Of a stretch of DNA of 64,000 bases, positions 1 to 9,339 are shown in pieces. The notes under the pieces were generated by a model, which worked only from the letters and a program-made list of their open reading frames with translations, was not told where the DNA came from and searched no databases. The DNA is from Alphaproteobacteria bacterium. Lineage in GTDB: Bacteria > Pseudomonadota > Alphaproteobacteria > Methylaequorales > Methylaequoraceae. Made by a program: the position numbers and the translations under genes. Numbering within the stretch: the stretch's first letter is position 1; each line of letters begins with the position of its first letter. Location of the stretch: contig JBJKUR010000008.1 of assembly GCA_045563055.1 (NCBI GenBank), forward strand, positions 64,525 to 128,524, given 5' to 3'.

Positions 1-63
1 AAAACTAATGCACCAACTGGTTTAAAAAGACTATGGAAGCATTTAAAAAGGTTTAAATTCTAA

Positions 64-192
64 TTATTTGGTAGTTTTTTGATTTTCGTATTCTTCTAAC
101 TTAACCTTATAGTCAGATTCTGATAGCGCATGCCACCCCATACAAAAACCTGTTGGTGATCTACCACACCCACATTCAGTTTTATTACTCAT
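64..192 (-). CDS. small Cys-rich hypothetical protein (42 aa), below ORF-track cutoff
   Basis: ATG(192)..TAA(64-66) read by hand: MSNKTECGCGRSPTGFCMGWHALSESDYKVKLEEYENQKTTK. The C-x-C-x7-C-x3-H spacing suggests a metal-binding peptide. Co-oriented with and 43 nt downstream of 235..942. Confidence 0.35.
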   Translation of the reverse strand: MSNKTECGCGRSPTGFCMGWHALSESDYKVKLEEYENQKTTK

Positions 193-234
193 TATTATTC
201 TCCAAGTAATATTGTAATTATTAATAAAGAAATT

Positions 235-942
235 TCAAGAATTAAGATTATTAAAAAAAAGTTTTGCGAATTTTTTTTTTAATATAAGCAAGAAAATAAC
301 TAATAAAAATAATAATAACAAAGGTAATAGTAATTTTTGTAAGAGTGCTGATGGATTGAAATCCTCCATCAAAAATTCTGACGATTCTATAAAAGTCATC
401 ATAATGTAAGTGAATATAAACAGTTGTGGTGTTTCAGCAATAAGAGTTGCTAAAATAAATTTTTTAAGATTCAAGTCAAAAAAGATACCTGAAAAGTTTT
501 TAATCATGAATGGAACCCCAGGAATGAATCTAAAAACTATGAATAATAAGAAAGAGTTTTGTCTAACCTCTATATTCTTAATTTTTTTCTTAATTAAGTG
601 ATTGAACTTTCTAGCAAATAAATAAGAGAAGGTGCCACCAATTGTAAAAGATATTACTGATAAGATATATCCGTAATACCCAAACGCAAGGATAGCAAGA
701 ATCAAGACTGGAGAAATGATCCCTAAAAAGAAGATCCAAAATATTGAAAATATAAAATAAATAAAAGCAAACAACATTGGATGACGATCAACATAATTTT
801 TATGAACTAGATATTCCTCCAAGAGAATAGTTTTAAGATCCAAACTAAAAATATTGTATTTAGTAAATATATAAAAAGTAATTGTTACTATAAAAAAACA
901 AATCATTAAAATAATTTTTTTTTTAAACTTTAATTTTTTCAT
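235..942 (-). CDS. TVP38/TMEM64-family (DedA superfamily, VTT domain) membrane protein
   Basis: 235-aa polytopic ORF. The segment FRFIPGVPFMIKNFSGIFF..TLIAETPQ resembles the SNARE-associated/VTT core. Confidence 0.6.
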   Translation of the reverse strand: MKKLKFKKKIILMICFFIVTITFYIFTKYNIFSLDLKTILLEEYLVHKNYVDRHPMLFAFIYFIFSIFWIFFLGIISPVLILAILAFGYYGYILSVISFTIGGTFSYLFARKFNHLIKKKIKNIEVRQNSFLLFIVFRFIPGVPFMIKNFSGIFFDLNLKKFILATLIAETPQLFIFTYIMMTFIESSEFLMEDFNPSALLQKLLLPLLLLFLLVIFLLILKKKFAKLFFNNLNS

Positions 943-1140
943 TTATTCAAGTATTTACGATTACCTTAGTGTTTTCATATGAATACAAACTGCATATTCT
1001 TCTGTATTTTTAAATTATATGTGGCTTTAAATTATCTTTATGTATTGTTGGCATGACATTTTATTTTCCGTATTTTAATTTCATTAAATATTTAAATTAT
1101 TGAAAATAGTATTAACAAAATGTATTAAGTATGACATTTT

Positions 1141-1773
1141 TTAAATATTTTTTTTTTTAATCTCTCTTATAACATCATATCTAAAGTCCTTCTGCGCTTT
1201 ACTTACAGAAAAAATAAGAACAGAAATATTTTTTTTGATTATTTTTTTATCACTAATTCCTAATTCAAAACTTTTATATAATAAAAAAATTAAATCAATT
1301 CTAGCTTCATAGGTCCTTGACAAAACAACTTGTTTATTTACTTCCCATAGTTGGTTGACTTGATCTAAACGAAATATGTAATCTTTATAATTTAACTTAT
1401 CAATATATGACCAATGGACAATACAATTTTCTATAATTTCATTGGAATGCCTTTTGAGCCGGTCGTCTTCTTCAAAAAGTTTTTGTAGAATTAAAAAAAA
1501 ACTGTATGCAAAAGAATTTATCTCTATTCTCTGAAGTTTTTCGAATTTCTTATTGAAGAGTATTTTATAAAGTTCGTTGTGCAAAATTTTTATTTTTTTT
1601 TTAAAGGGTTGGTTAAATAAAATTTCAATAGACATGACTGTAAGAAAGAAACTCAATGAAAATAAAACTTCATTCTTTGTTTTAGATTTGTTAAATATTA
1701 ATTTAGGATCAAAGCTATCGGGGTTAAATTTCTTGCGCCATATTCTTACATCATCTATTTTTGAATTGACCAT
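1141..1773 (-). CDS. hypothetical protein (orphan)
   Basis: 210-aa ORF with no motif I recognise. Flanked by roughly 200-nt AT-rich spacers on both sides. Confidence 0.45.
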   Translation of the reverse strand: MVNSKIDDVRIWRKKFNPDSFDPKLIFNKSKTKNEVLFSLSFFLTVMSIEILFNQPFKKKIKILHNELYKILFNKKFEKLQRIEINSFAYSFFLILQKLFEEDDRLKRHSNEIIENCIVHWSYIDKLNYKDYIFRLDQVNQLWEVNKQVVLSRTYEARIDLIFLLYKSFELGISDKKIIKKNISVLIFSVSKAQKDFRYDVIREIKKKNI

Positions 1774-1946
1774 AATAAAGTTTAGAATTGGAAATTAATA
1801 GTTGTCAATATATGCACTTGATAAATCCATTCTATTAGACTAGTCAATAATAACATTATAATTAACATTTTTGTTTTATTTATGATAAATCTTATTAAAT
1901 TCGTCTATTTTTGAAATAAGAAAATATCAAATGCGATAATGGCAAT

Positions 1947-2525
1947 ATGAACGACAAACGAAGTAAAATATTCCAAAAAATATTAGAAATTTGTAGCAGG
2001 AAGAAATCTAGATTTGTACTTTATTTAATATCATTCTTTGAGTCGATTTTTTTCCCTGTTCCTACAGACCCCTTTTTAATACCTTACATATTAGCTGAAA
2101 ATAAATTCTTAAGGCTGGCTATCAATGTAACATTCTTTTCAGTCTTAGGAGGAATTATTACCTATATGATTGGAACAATTCTTTGGGATAATATATTTCC
2201 GATAATGATTAATTATTTCCCAAATATATCGAACCATATTGAGAACTTTCAAGAAGACTTTTATGAATTTGGTTATTTAATGATTATTATCGGAGGTTTT
2301 TCACCATTCCCATTTAAAGTTACATGTCTGGCCTCAGGGATCTTAAACATTAATTTTATAATATTTATAATTCTTAGTGGATTATCAAGAGGAATTAGAT
2401 TTATTTTAATTTCATATTTAATTTATAAATACGGTAGATCATCAATTAGTTTTATTAAAAAAAACATTTTATTAATTACATTACTAATAATCCTCATATC
2501 TGTGATTATACTTTATTTAAGATGA
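1947..2525 (+). CDS. YqaA/DedA-related membrane protein
   Basis: 192 aa with several TM helices. N-terminal FFESIFFPVPTDPFLIP matches the YqaA-type E-x-x-x-x-P-x-P motif. Confidence 0.6.
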   Translation: MNDKRSKIFQKILEICSRKKSRFVLYLISFFESIFFPVPTDPFLIPYILAENKFLRLAINVTFFSVLGGIITYMIGTILWDNIFPIMINYFPNISNHIENFQEDFYEFGYLMIIIGGFSPFPFKVTCLASGILNINFIIFIILSGLSRGIRFILISYLIYKYGRSSISFIKKNILLITLLIILISVIILYLR

Positions 2526-3037
2526 TTTTAAGATGATAAGAGTTTTATATTTGTGTAATAATAAATTCACACAGTTATGATTTTTATATCTTTATAGAAA
2601 TTACAAAAAAATTTAGATTTATATTAATGACAGATACTGAACTTGTTAACGGATTTGATTTTAAATAAATTTTATAATACTGATTTAAGCAAATAATTAA
2701 AAAATATCGGACTCAAACCTATACAACCCGAAATATGGTGCGTTCAGGAGTTTAATTATTGTTGTATATACACATAACAATAATTTAATTTTAAGTTCAA
2801 AGTTGCTCAATTCTCTCTATTTACTGATTGATCGATTTAAGTAAAACAAATTAAAATAAAAATTCATACATAATACATAAGTATATATTATAGAAGTTAT
2901 TAATTAGAGTAATAAGATTACAATAAATCATGAATGGAAAAAATATTATAAGATAAATAATTTACTAAAAATAAATAATTTAATTTTTAGAATTATGATA
3001 AGTTATTTTGTAATGAACTAAATTCTAAAGAGGAAAA

Positions 3038-3895
3038 ATGATGAATATTTCGAACTCAACTTATAAATATATAATTGGCGGTATTGTCATCATAACTTTT
3101 TTATTTCTACTTATGTCAAAATTTGGAAAAAATGAAAAGGTTGTATTGAACGAAAATATAAAGCCAGATACTTTGGAAAAAAATGAGGAGGATATATCTT
3201 CCAATATGATTTCAAATGAAAAACCTGATGTAAGTGGAATGGATAATAAACAGAAAAAAAAAACCGATGACAGCAACCTAAGTAATACAAAGAAGATTAA
3301 AGAAGATAAAAAGAAAGAAGTAAAAATTAAACAGAATGATAAAAAAATAAAACAAAAAACAAGAACAAACTTTTTTATTGATCCAGTTCAGACTGTTAAT
3401 GAATTACACAAAGGTTTGGAAGAAATTAATTTTGACAACAGAGTTAATAGTTTAAATGAAATTAAAAGATTAGTAAAAAGAACTTATAATAGCGGAAAGA
3501 TGACTAAAATGATTATTGGAAAAGATTGGATGAAAATTGAAGATAAAAAAAAGGGTGAGTTGATAGAAGTTATGGAAGAGTATATAGCAAATAACTATAT
3601 TGCCAGGTTCTCAAAATTAAAAAAAGTAAGTTTTGAAAATAAAAGTTCAAAAAAAATTCAGGCAGATTTTAAAATTGTCAGTACGTTACTCAAACTAAAA
3701 ATGGACAACGTAAATATTGATTATTTATTATCAAAGAAAAATGGTGAATGGAAAATTTTTGATGTTATACTTGATAATTCTATTAGTGAAGTGGCAACAA
3801 AGAAATCCGAATTCAGTAACTACGTTAATGAAAAAAATATCGATAAATTAATCAGCGCTTTAAAAAAAAAAAATAGTCAATTAAAATTAAATTGA
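3038..3895 (+). CDS. MlaC/Ttg2D-family (phospholipid-binding, toluene-tolerance) protein with Lys-rich N-terminal linker
   Basis: N-terminal TM/signal anchor, then a K/E/N-rich low-complexity stretch. The C-terminal GEWKIFDVILDNSISEVATKKSEFSNYVNEKNIDKLISALK aligns with E. coli MlaC ..[38 protein letters not shown]. Confidence 0.6.
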   Translation: MMNISNSTYKYIIGGIVIITFLFLLMSKFGKNEKVVLNENIKPDTLEKNEEDISSNMISNEKPDVSGMDNKQKKKTDDSNLSNTKKIKEDKKKEVKIKQNDKKIKQKTRTNFFIDPVQTVNELHKGLEEINFDNRVNSLNEIKRLVKRTYNSGKMTKMIIGKDWMKIEDKKKGELIEVMEEYIANNYIARFSKLKKVSFENKSSKKIQADFKIVSTLLKLKMDNVNIDYLLSKKNGEWKIFDVILDNSISEVATKKSEFSNYVNEKNIDKLISALKKKNSQLKLN

Positions 3896-4178
3896 AACCA
3901 AGTCAGGTAAAGCACCTATGGTTTACGTAAAGTATAATTCTTGTGAATCTCTTGAAACAACCAGAAAACCTCAATAAATCTACCGTATAATTATTAAATC
4001 TATTTTTGTATATCTAAGATTATGTTATGTTGATAAATATTAACAAAGTCAATGGAATAATTTTTAGGTTTTTTCTAATGAAAAGATTTTTTCAAGCTTT
4101 ACAAATTATCTAAAATTTAATTAATTTGATTATGAAAGTTAAGAAAATATTAAAACGAATATTTAATTAAATAAATTC

Positions 4179-5255
4179 ATGTTCAATAAAAATCATACAT
4201 TTTTAATTGCAGAGGGCGGCGTCAATCATAATGGAAAAGTTAAAAATGCATATGAATTAATAGATATAGCGTCAGATTCAGGGGTAGATGCAATCAAATT
4301 CCAAACGTTTAAGGCTGAGAATATTTGTACCAGGCACGCGCCAAAAGCTTACTACCAAACCAAAACTGATAAAAATGATACCCAATTTAATATGTTAAAA
4401 AAACTGGAATTAAATTTTCAGCAATTTAAGGATCTTGCAAACTATGCAAAAAAAAAGAAAATAATTTTTTTATCCACTCCGTTTGATACAAAAAGTGTCG
4501 ATTACTTGGTTGATGAATTGAAAGTTGAGGCGATAAAAATACCTTCCGGTGAAATAAATAACTTTGAATTAATTGATCATATCAGTAAAAAAAAAGTTCC
4601 GGTAATATTATCATCAGGAGCCTCCAACATAGAAGAAATTTCAATTGCACTTAATTTATTGATGAAAGGTAAAAAACTAGGAAGAAATCTCAAAAATAAT
4701 AAATTCCTAAATAAAGATATTAAGACAAATAAAAATTTAGCTGTTTTGCACTGTGTAAGTGAATATCCTGCTCCAATTGAAGAGGCTAATATAAGATGCA
4801 TCAATCTTTTGAAAGAGAAATTTGGATGGAATATTGGATATTCAGATCACTGTATGGGTCTTGCGGCTTCTATCTCCGCAGTTTTTTTGGGAGCTACGAT
4901 TATTGAAAAACATATTACGATTAATAGAGAAATGGAAGGTCCAGACCACTTTGCATCCATAGAGCCAGATGAATTAAATTTACTAGTTAAGACGATTAGA
5001 GATTTAAAGCCTTCGCTTGGAAAACCAAAAAAAATGGTTACTCAATCAGAAAAAAAAAATAGAAAAGTAATAAGAAGATCATTAGTTGCGAGTAAAAAAA
5101 TAACAAAAGGTGATCTATTCGATTTTAATAATTTGACAACCAAACGTCCAGCATTAGGAATTGAGGCGTCGCGTTTTTTTGAATATATTGGTCAGAAAGC
5201 TTTAAGAGATTATGTAAGGGATGAGATTATCAATCAGAAATTAAATAAGAAATAG
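4179..5255 (+). CDS. N-acetylneuraminate-synthase family enzyme (NeuB/LegI/PseI type nonulosonic acid synthase), copy 1
   Basis: FLIAEGGVNHNGKVKNAYELIDIASDSGVDAIKFQTF is the classic NeuB N-terminus. The C-terminal SAF-like domain is (..RRSLVASKKITKGDLF..). Confidence 0.9.
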   Translation: MFNKNHTFLIAEGGVNHNGKVKNAYELIDIASDSGVDAIKFQTFKAENICTRHAPKAYYQTKTDKNDTQFNMLKKLELNFQQFKDLANYAKKKKIIFLSTPFDTKSVDYLVDELKVEAIKIPSGEINNFELIDHISKKKVPVILSSGASNIEEISIALNLLMKGKKLGRNLKNNKFLNKDIKTNKNLAVLHCVSEYPAPIEEANIRCINLLKEKFGWNIGYSDHCMGLAASISAVFLGATIIEKHITINREMEGPDHFASIEPDELNLLVKTIRDLKPSLGKPKKMVTQSEKKNRKVIRRSLVASKKITKGDLFDFNNLTTKRPALGIEASRFFEYIGQKALRDYVRDEIINQKLNKK

Positions 5256-5271
5256 AAATTTACAACTATAA

Positions 5272-5952
5272 TTATTTTTTCATTATAAATTTTTCACTAT
5301 GAATTTTTATTCTAAGAGGATGAGAACTAGTATGAAAAGCTCTCACTCTTTTTTGGAGTTCGGTTTTACTGATGTTTCTGTTGATTTCTTGAAAATTGTC
5401 TACTTCGCTTATTTTTGTTTTTTTCTTTGACCAAGTAACATCTTTATTTTTTGTAGCCATCTCTTTAACATATTTATGACCATCCGCTTTAAGCGTATTA
5501 GTAAACTCTATAAAAGATTTTAAAAGTAATTCATGAGTTTTTTTTAAAAGACTATCTAAATTATCTTTAGGTTCAATTTTTAAATTTTTAGTTAAGATAA
5601 TATCACCATCATCAACACGTCTATTCATTAAATGTATGGTAATTCCAAACTTTTCATCATTATTATATAAAGCAAAATTTAACCCTCCAGATCCTGGATA
5701 AGAGGGTGGTGCAGGGTGAAAATTAATTGAATAATGACGTGGTAATTTTAGCAATGTATCAGGAAGAATAAAATAGCTTCGATGACATAAAATATAATCT
5801 AAATCTGAATCTGATATTCTTTTAAGTTTTTCACCTCTTTTATTTGACCAAATAACTGAAATATCAAAGTTTAAATTATTCAAGTGTTCTAAACACTTCA
5901 TTGAATAGTAGTCATTTTTCCTACCAAAGAATAAAATTTTTAATTTTTTCAT
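5272..5952 (-). CDS. formyltransferase-domain protein (sugar N-formyltransferase candidate)
   Basis: KILFFG.. Rossmann start and the SINFHPAPPSYPGSGG..ITIHLMNRRVDDGDII formyl_trans_N core. Confidence 0.7.
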   Translation of the reverse strand: MKKLKILFFGRKNDYYSMKCLEHLNNLNFDISVIWSNKRGEKLKRISDSDLDYILCHRSYFILPDTLLKLPRHYSINFHPAPPSYPGSGGLNFALYNNDEKFGITIHLMNRRVDDGDIILTKNLKIEPKDNLDSLLKKTHELLLKSFIEFTNTLKADGHKYVKEMATKNKDVTWSKKKTKISEVDNFQEINRNISKTELQKRVRAFHTSSHPLRIKIHSEKFIMKK

Positions 5953-5968
5953 CTCTATATCTTATCAT

Positions 5969-6655
5969 TTATATTTCCATTAGATATTTTGCGTATTCGA
6001 AATCTTCAATATAGTCAATATCTATTGACTCTTTTTTATCCATTATTAGTGGTAGAGATTTATTCTTTATAATGAATTTTTTGAATTTTAAAAATTTATT
6101 TACGTATGTTGTGTAAATGGCACCATTAATTTTATAATTCTTTTTCAATATTTTATTTAATTTAGGGTTAACTAAGTCTTCTATAAATCCGTTATTATTT
6201 ATGAGCTTACACCAACTTATATGAAAATTATTTTCTACCATTCCAATCACTGAGAATACTTCAGTCTTTGACTCTAACATTTCTATGGATTTATCTATAC
6301 TTCGAGAGGTTCTCATGGGACTTGTGGGTTGCAACAAAATTAATATTTCGTATTTGTTTATTTTATTGAGCTTGTTGAGTGTAAATATCATTACATCTTC
6401 AGTTGAAGAAGAATCAGTTGCAAATTTTTTTGGCCTTAAAAAAGGAACGTCAGCACCAAACTGCTTACCTATTTTGGCTATTTCTGGAGATTCTGTAGAT
6501 AGAATAACTTTATCTATATACTTTGAGTTCAAAGCAGCCTTGATTGACCAATAAATCATGGGCTTACTATTTATTTTTAAAAGGTTTTTATTTTTTAATC
6601 TCTTACTACCTTTCCTGGCTGGTATTATGGCAACAATGCGTTTGGTGTTTATCAT
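5969..6655 (-). CDS. acylneuraminate (CMP-nonulosonate) cytidylyltransferase, copy 1
   Basis: VAIIPARKGSKRLKNKNLLKINSKPMIYWSIKAA is the CMP-NeuAc synthetase signature. Confidence 0.85.
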   Translation of the reverse strand: MINTKRIVAIIPARKGSKRLKNKNLLKINSKPMIYWSIKAALNSKYIDKVILSTESPEIAKIGKQFGADVPFLRPKKFATDSSSTEDVMIFTLNKLNKINKYEILILLQPTSPMRTSRSIDKSIEMLESKTEVFSVIGMVENNFHISWCKLINNNGFIEDLVNPKLNKILKKNYKINGAIYTTYVNKFLKFKKFIIKNKSLPLIMDKKESIDIDYIEDFEYAKYLMEI

Positions 6656-6660
6656 GAAAC

Positions 6661-7302
6661 TTAGTCAATAATATTTTTTATAAGATAGAATCCTTCTGCA
6701 TAATGAAAGCCTCCTTGGGCTCCTCTAATTGTAGCAAGCGATTTAATTGATTCTAGACTTCTGGGGAAAGGGTGCGATTTAAATTCATTTTTATATATTT
6801 GTATAATTTTACATTTTTTTTTAAACTCATTGCTAATGTTAACAAAAGTATTAGGTTGAAAAATATTTTTTTCTAAAGAATAATTATAATTGGTTTCTGA
6901 TAAAGTTTCGTATACGTAAACTTTTTTTATAAAATCATATCTAAATGATTTCAAAAATGTTTGAAAACAAGCAAATACAATTCGATGATCTGAATGCGCA
7001 TCACCAGAAAAGGGTAGAAAAATAACTTCGGGTTTAATCTTAATTATATAATTTTTAATTTTATTAATGATTTGTGAAAGTCCAATTTGATCAAGAGAAG
7101 AAGGCAAGAAGTTGGCGTTATAATATGAGTTAAAATCATAAAAATTGTTTACTTTTTTTATATTTTCTTGACTATCAGTTGAAGAAGTAATGATAAGCCA
7201 GTGAGTTTTATTGGCATTTTTTTTAAACTTTATAATTGTCCCACCGCAGCCCAGTGACTCATCATCTAAATGTGGGGCAACAAATAAAATTGATCTACTC
7301 AT
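6661..7302 (-). CDS. PIG-L/LmbE-family de-N-acetylase
   Basis: ILFVAPHLDDESLGCGGTI and the later GDAHSDH zinc-site motifs. Confidence 0.8.
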   Translation of the reverse strand: MSRSILFVAPHLDDESLGCGGTIIKFKKNANKTHWLIITSSTDSQENIKKVNNFYDFNSYYNANFLPSSLDQIGLSQIINKIKNYIIKIKPEVIFLPFSGDAHSDHRIVFACFQTFLKSFRYDFIKKVYVYETLSETNYNYSLEKNIFQPNTFVNISNEFKKKCKIIQIYKNEFKSHPFPRSLESIKSLATIRGAQGGFHYAEGFYLIKNIID

Positions 7303-8195
7303 AATAAATATTCACCTTTTTTGGGCATTCTTTTTAAATTATGCTTAGTAATTATAATAGACTTATCACTACATTTCACATGAATATTTTTATTTATTAC
7401 AGACAACACTTTTCCTGGTTCAGTATTTTGCGGAGAAAAGTTACTAATCTTTACCATCCAAACTTTGAATTCATTTCCATTGTAATAAATACTTGCACCA
7501 GGAAATGGTTTTACCAAAGCGCGAACTAGATTAGAAATTGGTTCTGCGTTCATACGCCAGTCAATAACTCCATCGGAAAAGTATCTTTTTCTTAATTTAT
7601 TAGCTAAAAGATTATTCTGCTTCTTTCTTTTTAATTTTCCTTTTAGTATATCAAAGAAGATTTCTTGAATTTGTTTTACTATTTTTTTTTCTAGTTTTTT
7701 TTTAAGTGAATTTATAGTGTCAATTTTTGCTATATTTATATGAGATTTATTAATTATATCACCACTATCCACGTTCTTATTAAGCTCAAAGAAAGTTGAT
7801 GCAGTCTTCGTTAGACCAAGAACTAGAGACCATATTAGAGGGTGTCTTCCTCTATTCTTTGGTAGGTCTGAGGGATGATAGCCAATTGAATAAAATATTG
7901 GTAAACTCAAGATACTAGAATTAATTACATGTGACCAACCAACACACAATATTACTTCAGATCTCTTTTCTTTGACCCAATCAAATAATTGTTTGGACTT
8001 ATTTGGTTCAAAGAAAAAAGTATCTAATTTCTTTTTTTTACAAAAAGTCTCTAGAGGAAAGAAGTCGCTATTTATAGGCGAGGTCTTTTTGGTAACCACA
8101 CCTACAACTTCAACATGCTTGATTCTTGTTAAGCTCATAAGAGCCGTGTAACTGAGATCAATACATCCAAAAAAAATTACTTTAATTTTTTTCAT
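7299..8195 (-). CDS. two-domain formyltransferase (Fmt-like N and C domains)
   Basis: GYHPSDLPKNRGRHPLIWSLVLG core plus a roughly 100-aa C-terminal Fmt_C-like domain. Overlaps its neighbours by 4 and 14 nt, consistent with an operon. Confidence 0.7.
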   Translation of the reverse strand: MKKIKVIFFGCIDLSYTALMSLTRIKHVEVVGVVTKKTSPINSDFFPLETFCKKKKLDTFFFEPNKSKQLFDWVKEKRSEVILCVGWSHVINSSILSLPIFYSIGYHPSDLPKNRGRHPLIWSLVLGLTKTASTFFELNKNVDSGDIINKSHINIAKIDTINSLKKKLEKKIVKQIQEIFFDILKGKLKRKKQNNLLANKLRKRYFSDGVIDWRMNAEPISNLVRALVKPFPGASIYYNGNEFKVWMVKISNFSPQNTEPGKVLSVINKNIHVKCSDKSIIITKHNLKRMPKKGEYLL

Positions 8196-9339
8196 AAAAT
8201 TTTTTTAACAGTAGTTTTTTCATATCGGTATTCAATATCACATCAGAAATCTTATCTGATACATCCGTATATTTCTTCAACAGTTTATTGGATTCAGCTT
8301 TCACCTTTACTTTAAATTTTTTATTTGATGCTATTTCAATAGATTTATAGATATTATCAATTTTAAAATCACAATTAATAACTGACTTTTTTCTCTCTCT
8401 TCCTTTCTGCCTTTCACCAAGGTTTATTGATGGAACTCCAATAAGTGGTGCTTCAATTACTCCACTTGACGAGTTTCCAAGTACAAGATTAGAAATTTTC
8501 ATTAATGATAAATAGTTTATTCGTCCAAGTGAATCGAAGTGAAAACAGGAGTCGTTTAATTTTACAAAATCTTTTATGATTCTGTGTATAATTGAACGAT
8601 TTATATCGGCATTTACTCCAGTAAAAATTTTTGAACATTTGAATTCTTTTAGGACAGATAAGAAGTTTAAAAGATTCCTTTCATCATTTTCAAGTAATGT
8701 TTCGGGATGAAAGGTTATTAAAAAAACCTTACTCTCAAGATTAATATTTAATTTTAATTGCAAAGTTTTTTTGTTTAACAGCATAGATCTCTTAATATTA
8801 TCAATACATGGTGGACCAAAATTGAAAACATTTTTGGGACTCTCACCCATTTTTATAACGCGTTTCTTATAGACTTCACTTGTAGTAAAATGCAAATGAG
8901 ACATTTTTGTAATTGAATGCCTAATTGCGTCATCCATAAGCGAGTAGGTTGATTCACCACCATGTAAATGAGAGATTGGCAATTTATTAATCATAGCAGC
9001 TTGAACTACACCAAATATTTCATACCTGTCTCCCAAAACTATAAGTGAATCGAATTTATTCTTAATAAAAAAAATTGAAAACTTCTGAATGGCATTTTGA
9101 ATTGTTTTGGAAATGCCTGTTATATTATCATTGCTACTCAAAATGTTAATTTTATGAAGATTTTTGATTTTTATGGGATTAATCTCGTTGATAGTGTTTC
9201 CGAATTTATCTGATAAATGACTGCCTGTAACTACAAGATGTAAATCTACTTCAGGAGCGTTTTCAAGTTTTTTGATTGTCCAATATAACAGACCATATTC
9301 TGCACGCGATCCTGTAACAATACAAATTTTTTTCATCAT
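8182..9339 (-). CDS. UDP-N-acetylglucosamine 2-epimerase, hydrolysing (NeuC/LegG type)
   Basis: KICIVTGSRAEYGLLYWTIKKL.. and ..HLHGGE.. match the NeuC family. Confidence 0.85.
   Translation of the reverse strand: MMKKICIVTGSRAEYGLLYWTIKKLENAPEVDLHLVVTGSHLSDKFGNTINEINPIKIKNLHKINILSSNDNITGISKTIQNAIQKFSIFFIKNKFDSLIVLGDRYEIFGVVQAAMINKLPISHLHGGESTYSLMDDAIRHSITKMSHLHFTTSEVYKKRVIKMGESPKNVFNFGPPCIDNIKRSMLLNKKTLQLKLNINLESKVFLITFHPETLLENDERNLLNFLSVLKEFKCSKIFTGVNADINRSIIHRIIKDFVKLNDSCFHFDSLGRINYLSLMKISNLVLGNSSSGVIEAPLIGVPSINLGERQKGRERKKSVINCDFKIDNIYKSIEIASNKKFKVKVKAESNKLLKKYTDVSDKISDVILNTDMKKLLLKKFYEKN

Noticed and set aside
1-63. Frame-1 open reading ending at TAA 61-63 (..KTNAPTGLKRLWKHLKRFKF*), a possible 3' end of a plus-strand gene cut by the window edge.
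   Set aside because: Only 20 codons are visible. That is too little to distinguish from chance or to assign any product.
410-601. Short ORFs of 60-130 aa in the track that lie antisense or out of frame inside longer, motif-supported genes. Examples: 410..601, 1577..1798, 3061..3276, 4577..4804, 6285..6554, 7341..7529, 10557..10793, 14014..14220, 16014..16274, 17716..17925, 20151..20351, 25027..25327, 30300..30500, 31196..32023, 33116..33492, 34149..34388, 36486..38891, 39368..39700, 41533..41721, 49576..49812, 51990..53111, 53804..54007, 54634..55073, 56559..56792, 58152..58457, 61593..61844, 63374..63964.
   Set aside because: Each is fully embedded in a larger ORF that has clear family motifs. 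Their translations are low-complexity F/I/L/S/K-rich shadows typical of the antisense of AT-rich coding sequence, and none has a recognisable motif.
3902-3912. The 11-mer gtcaggtaaag repeated at 3902-3912 and 19864-19874, both just downstream of plus-strand genes.
   Set aside because: Similarity does not extend beyond the 11 nt and no associated secondary structure is shared. This is compatible with a chance match in 64 kb.
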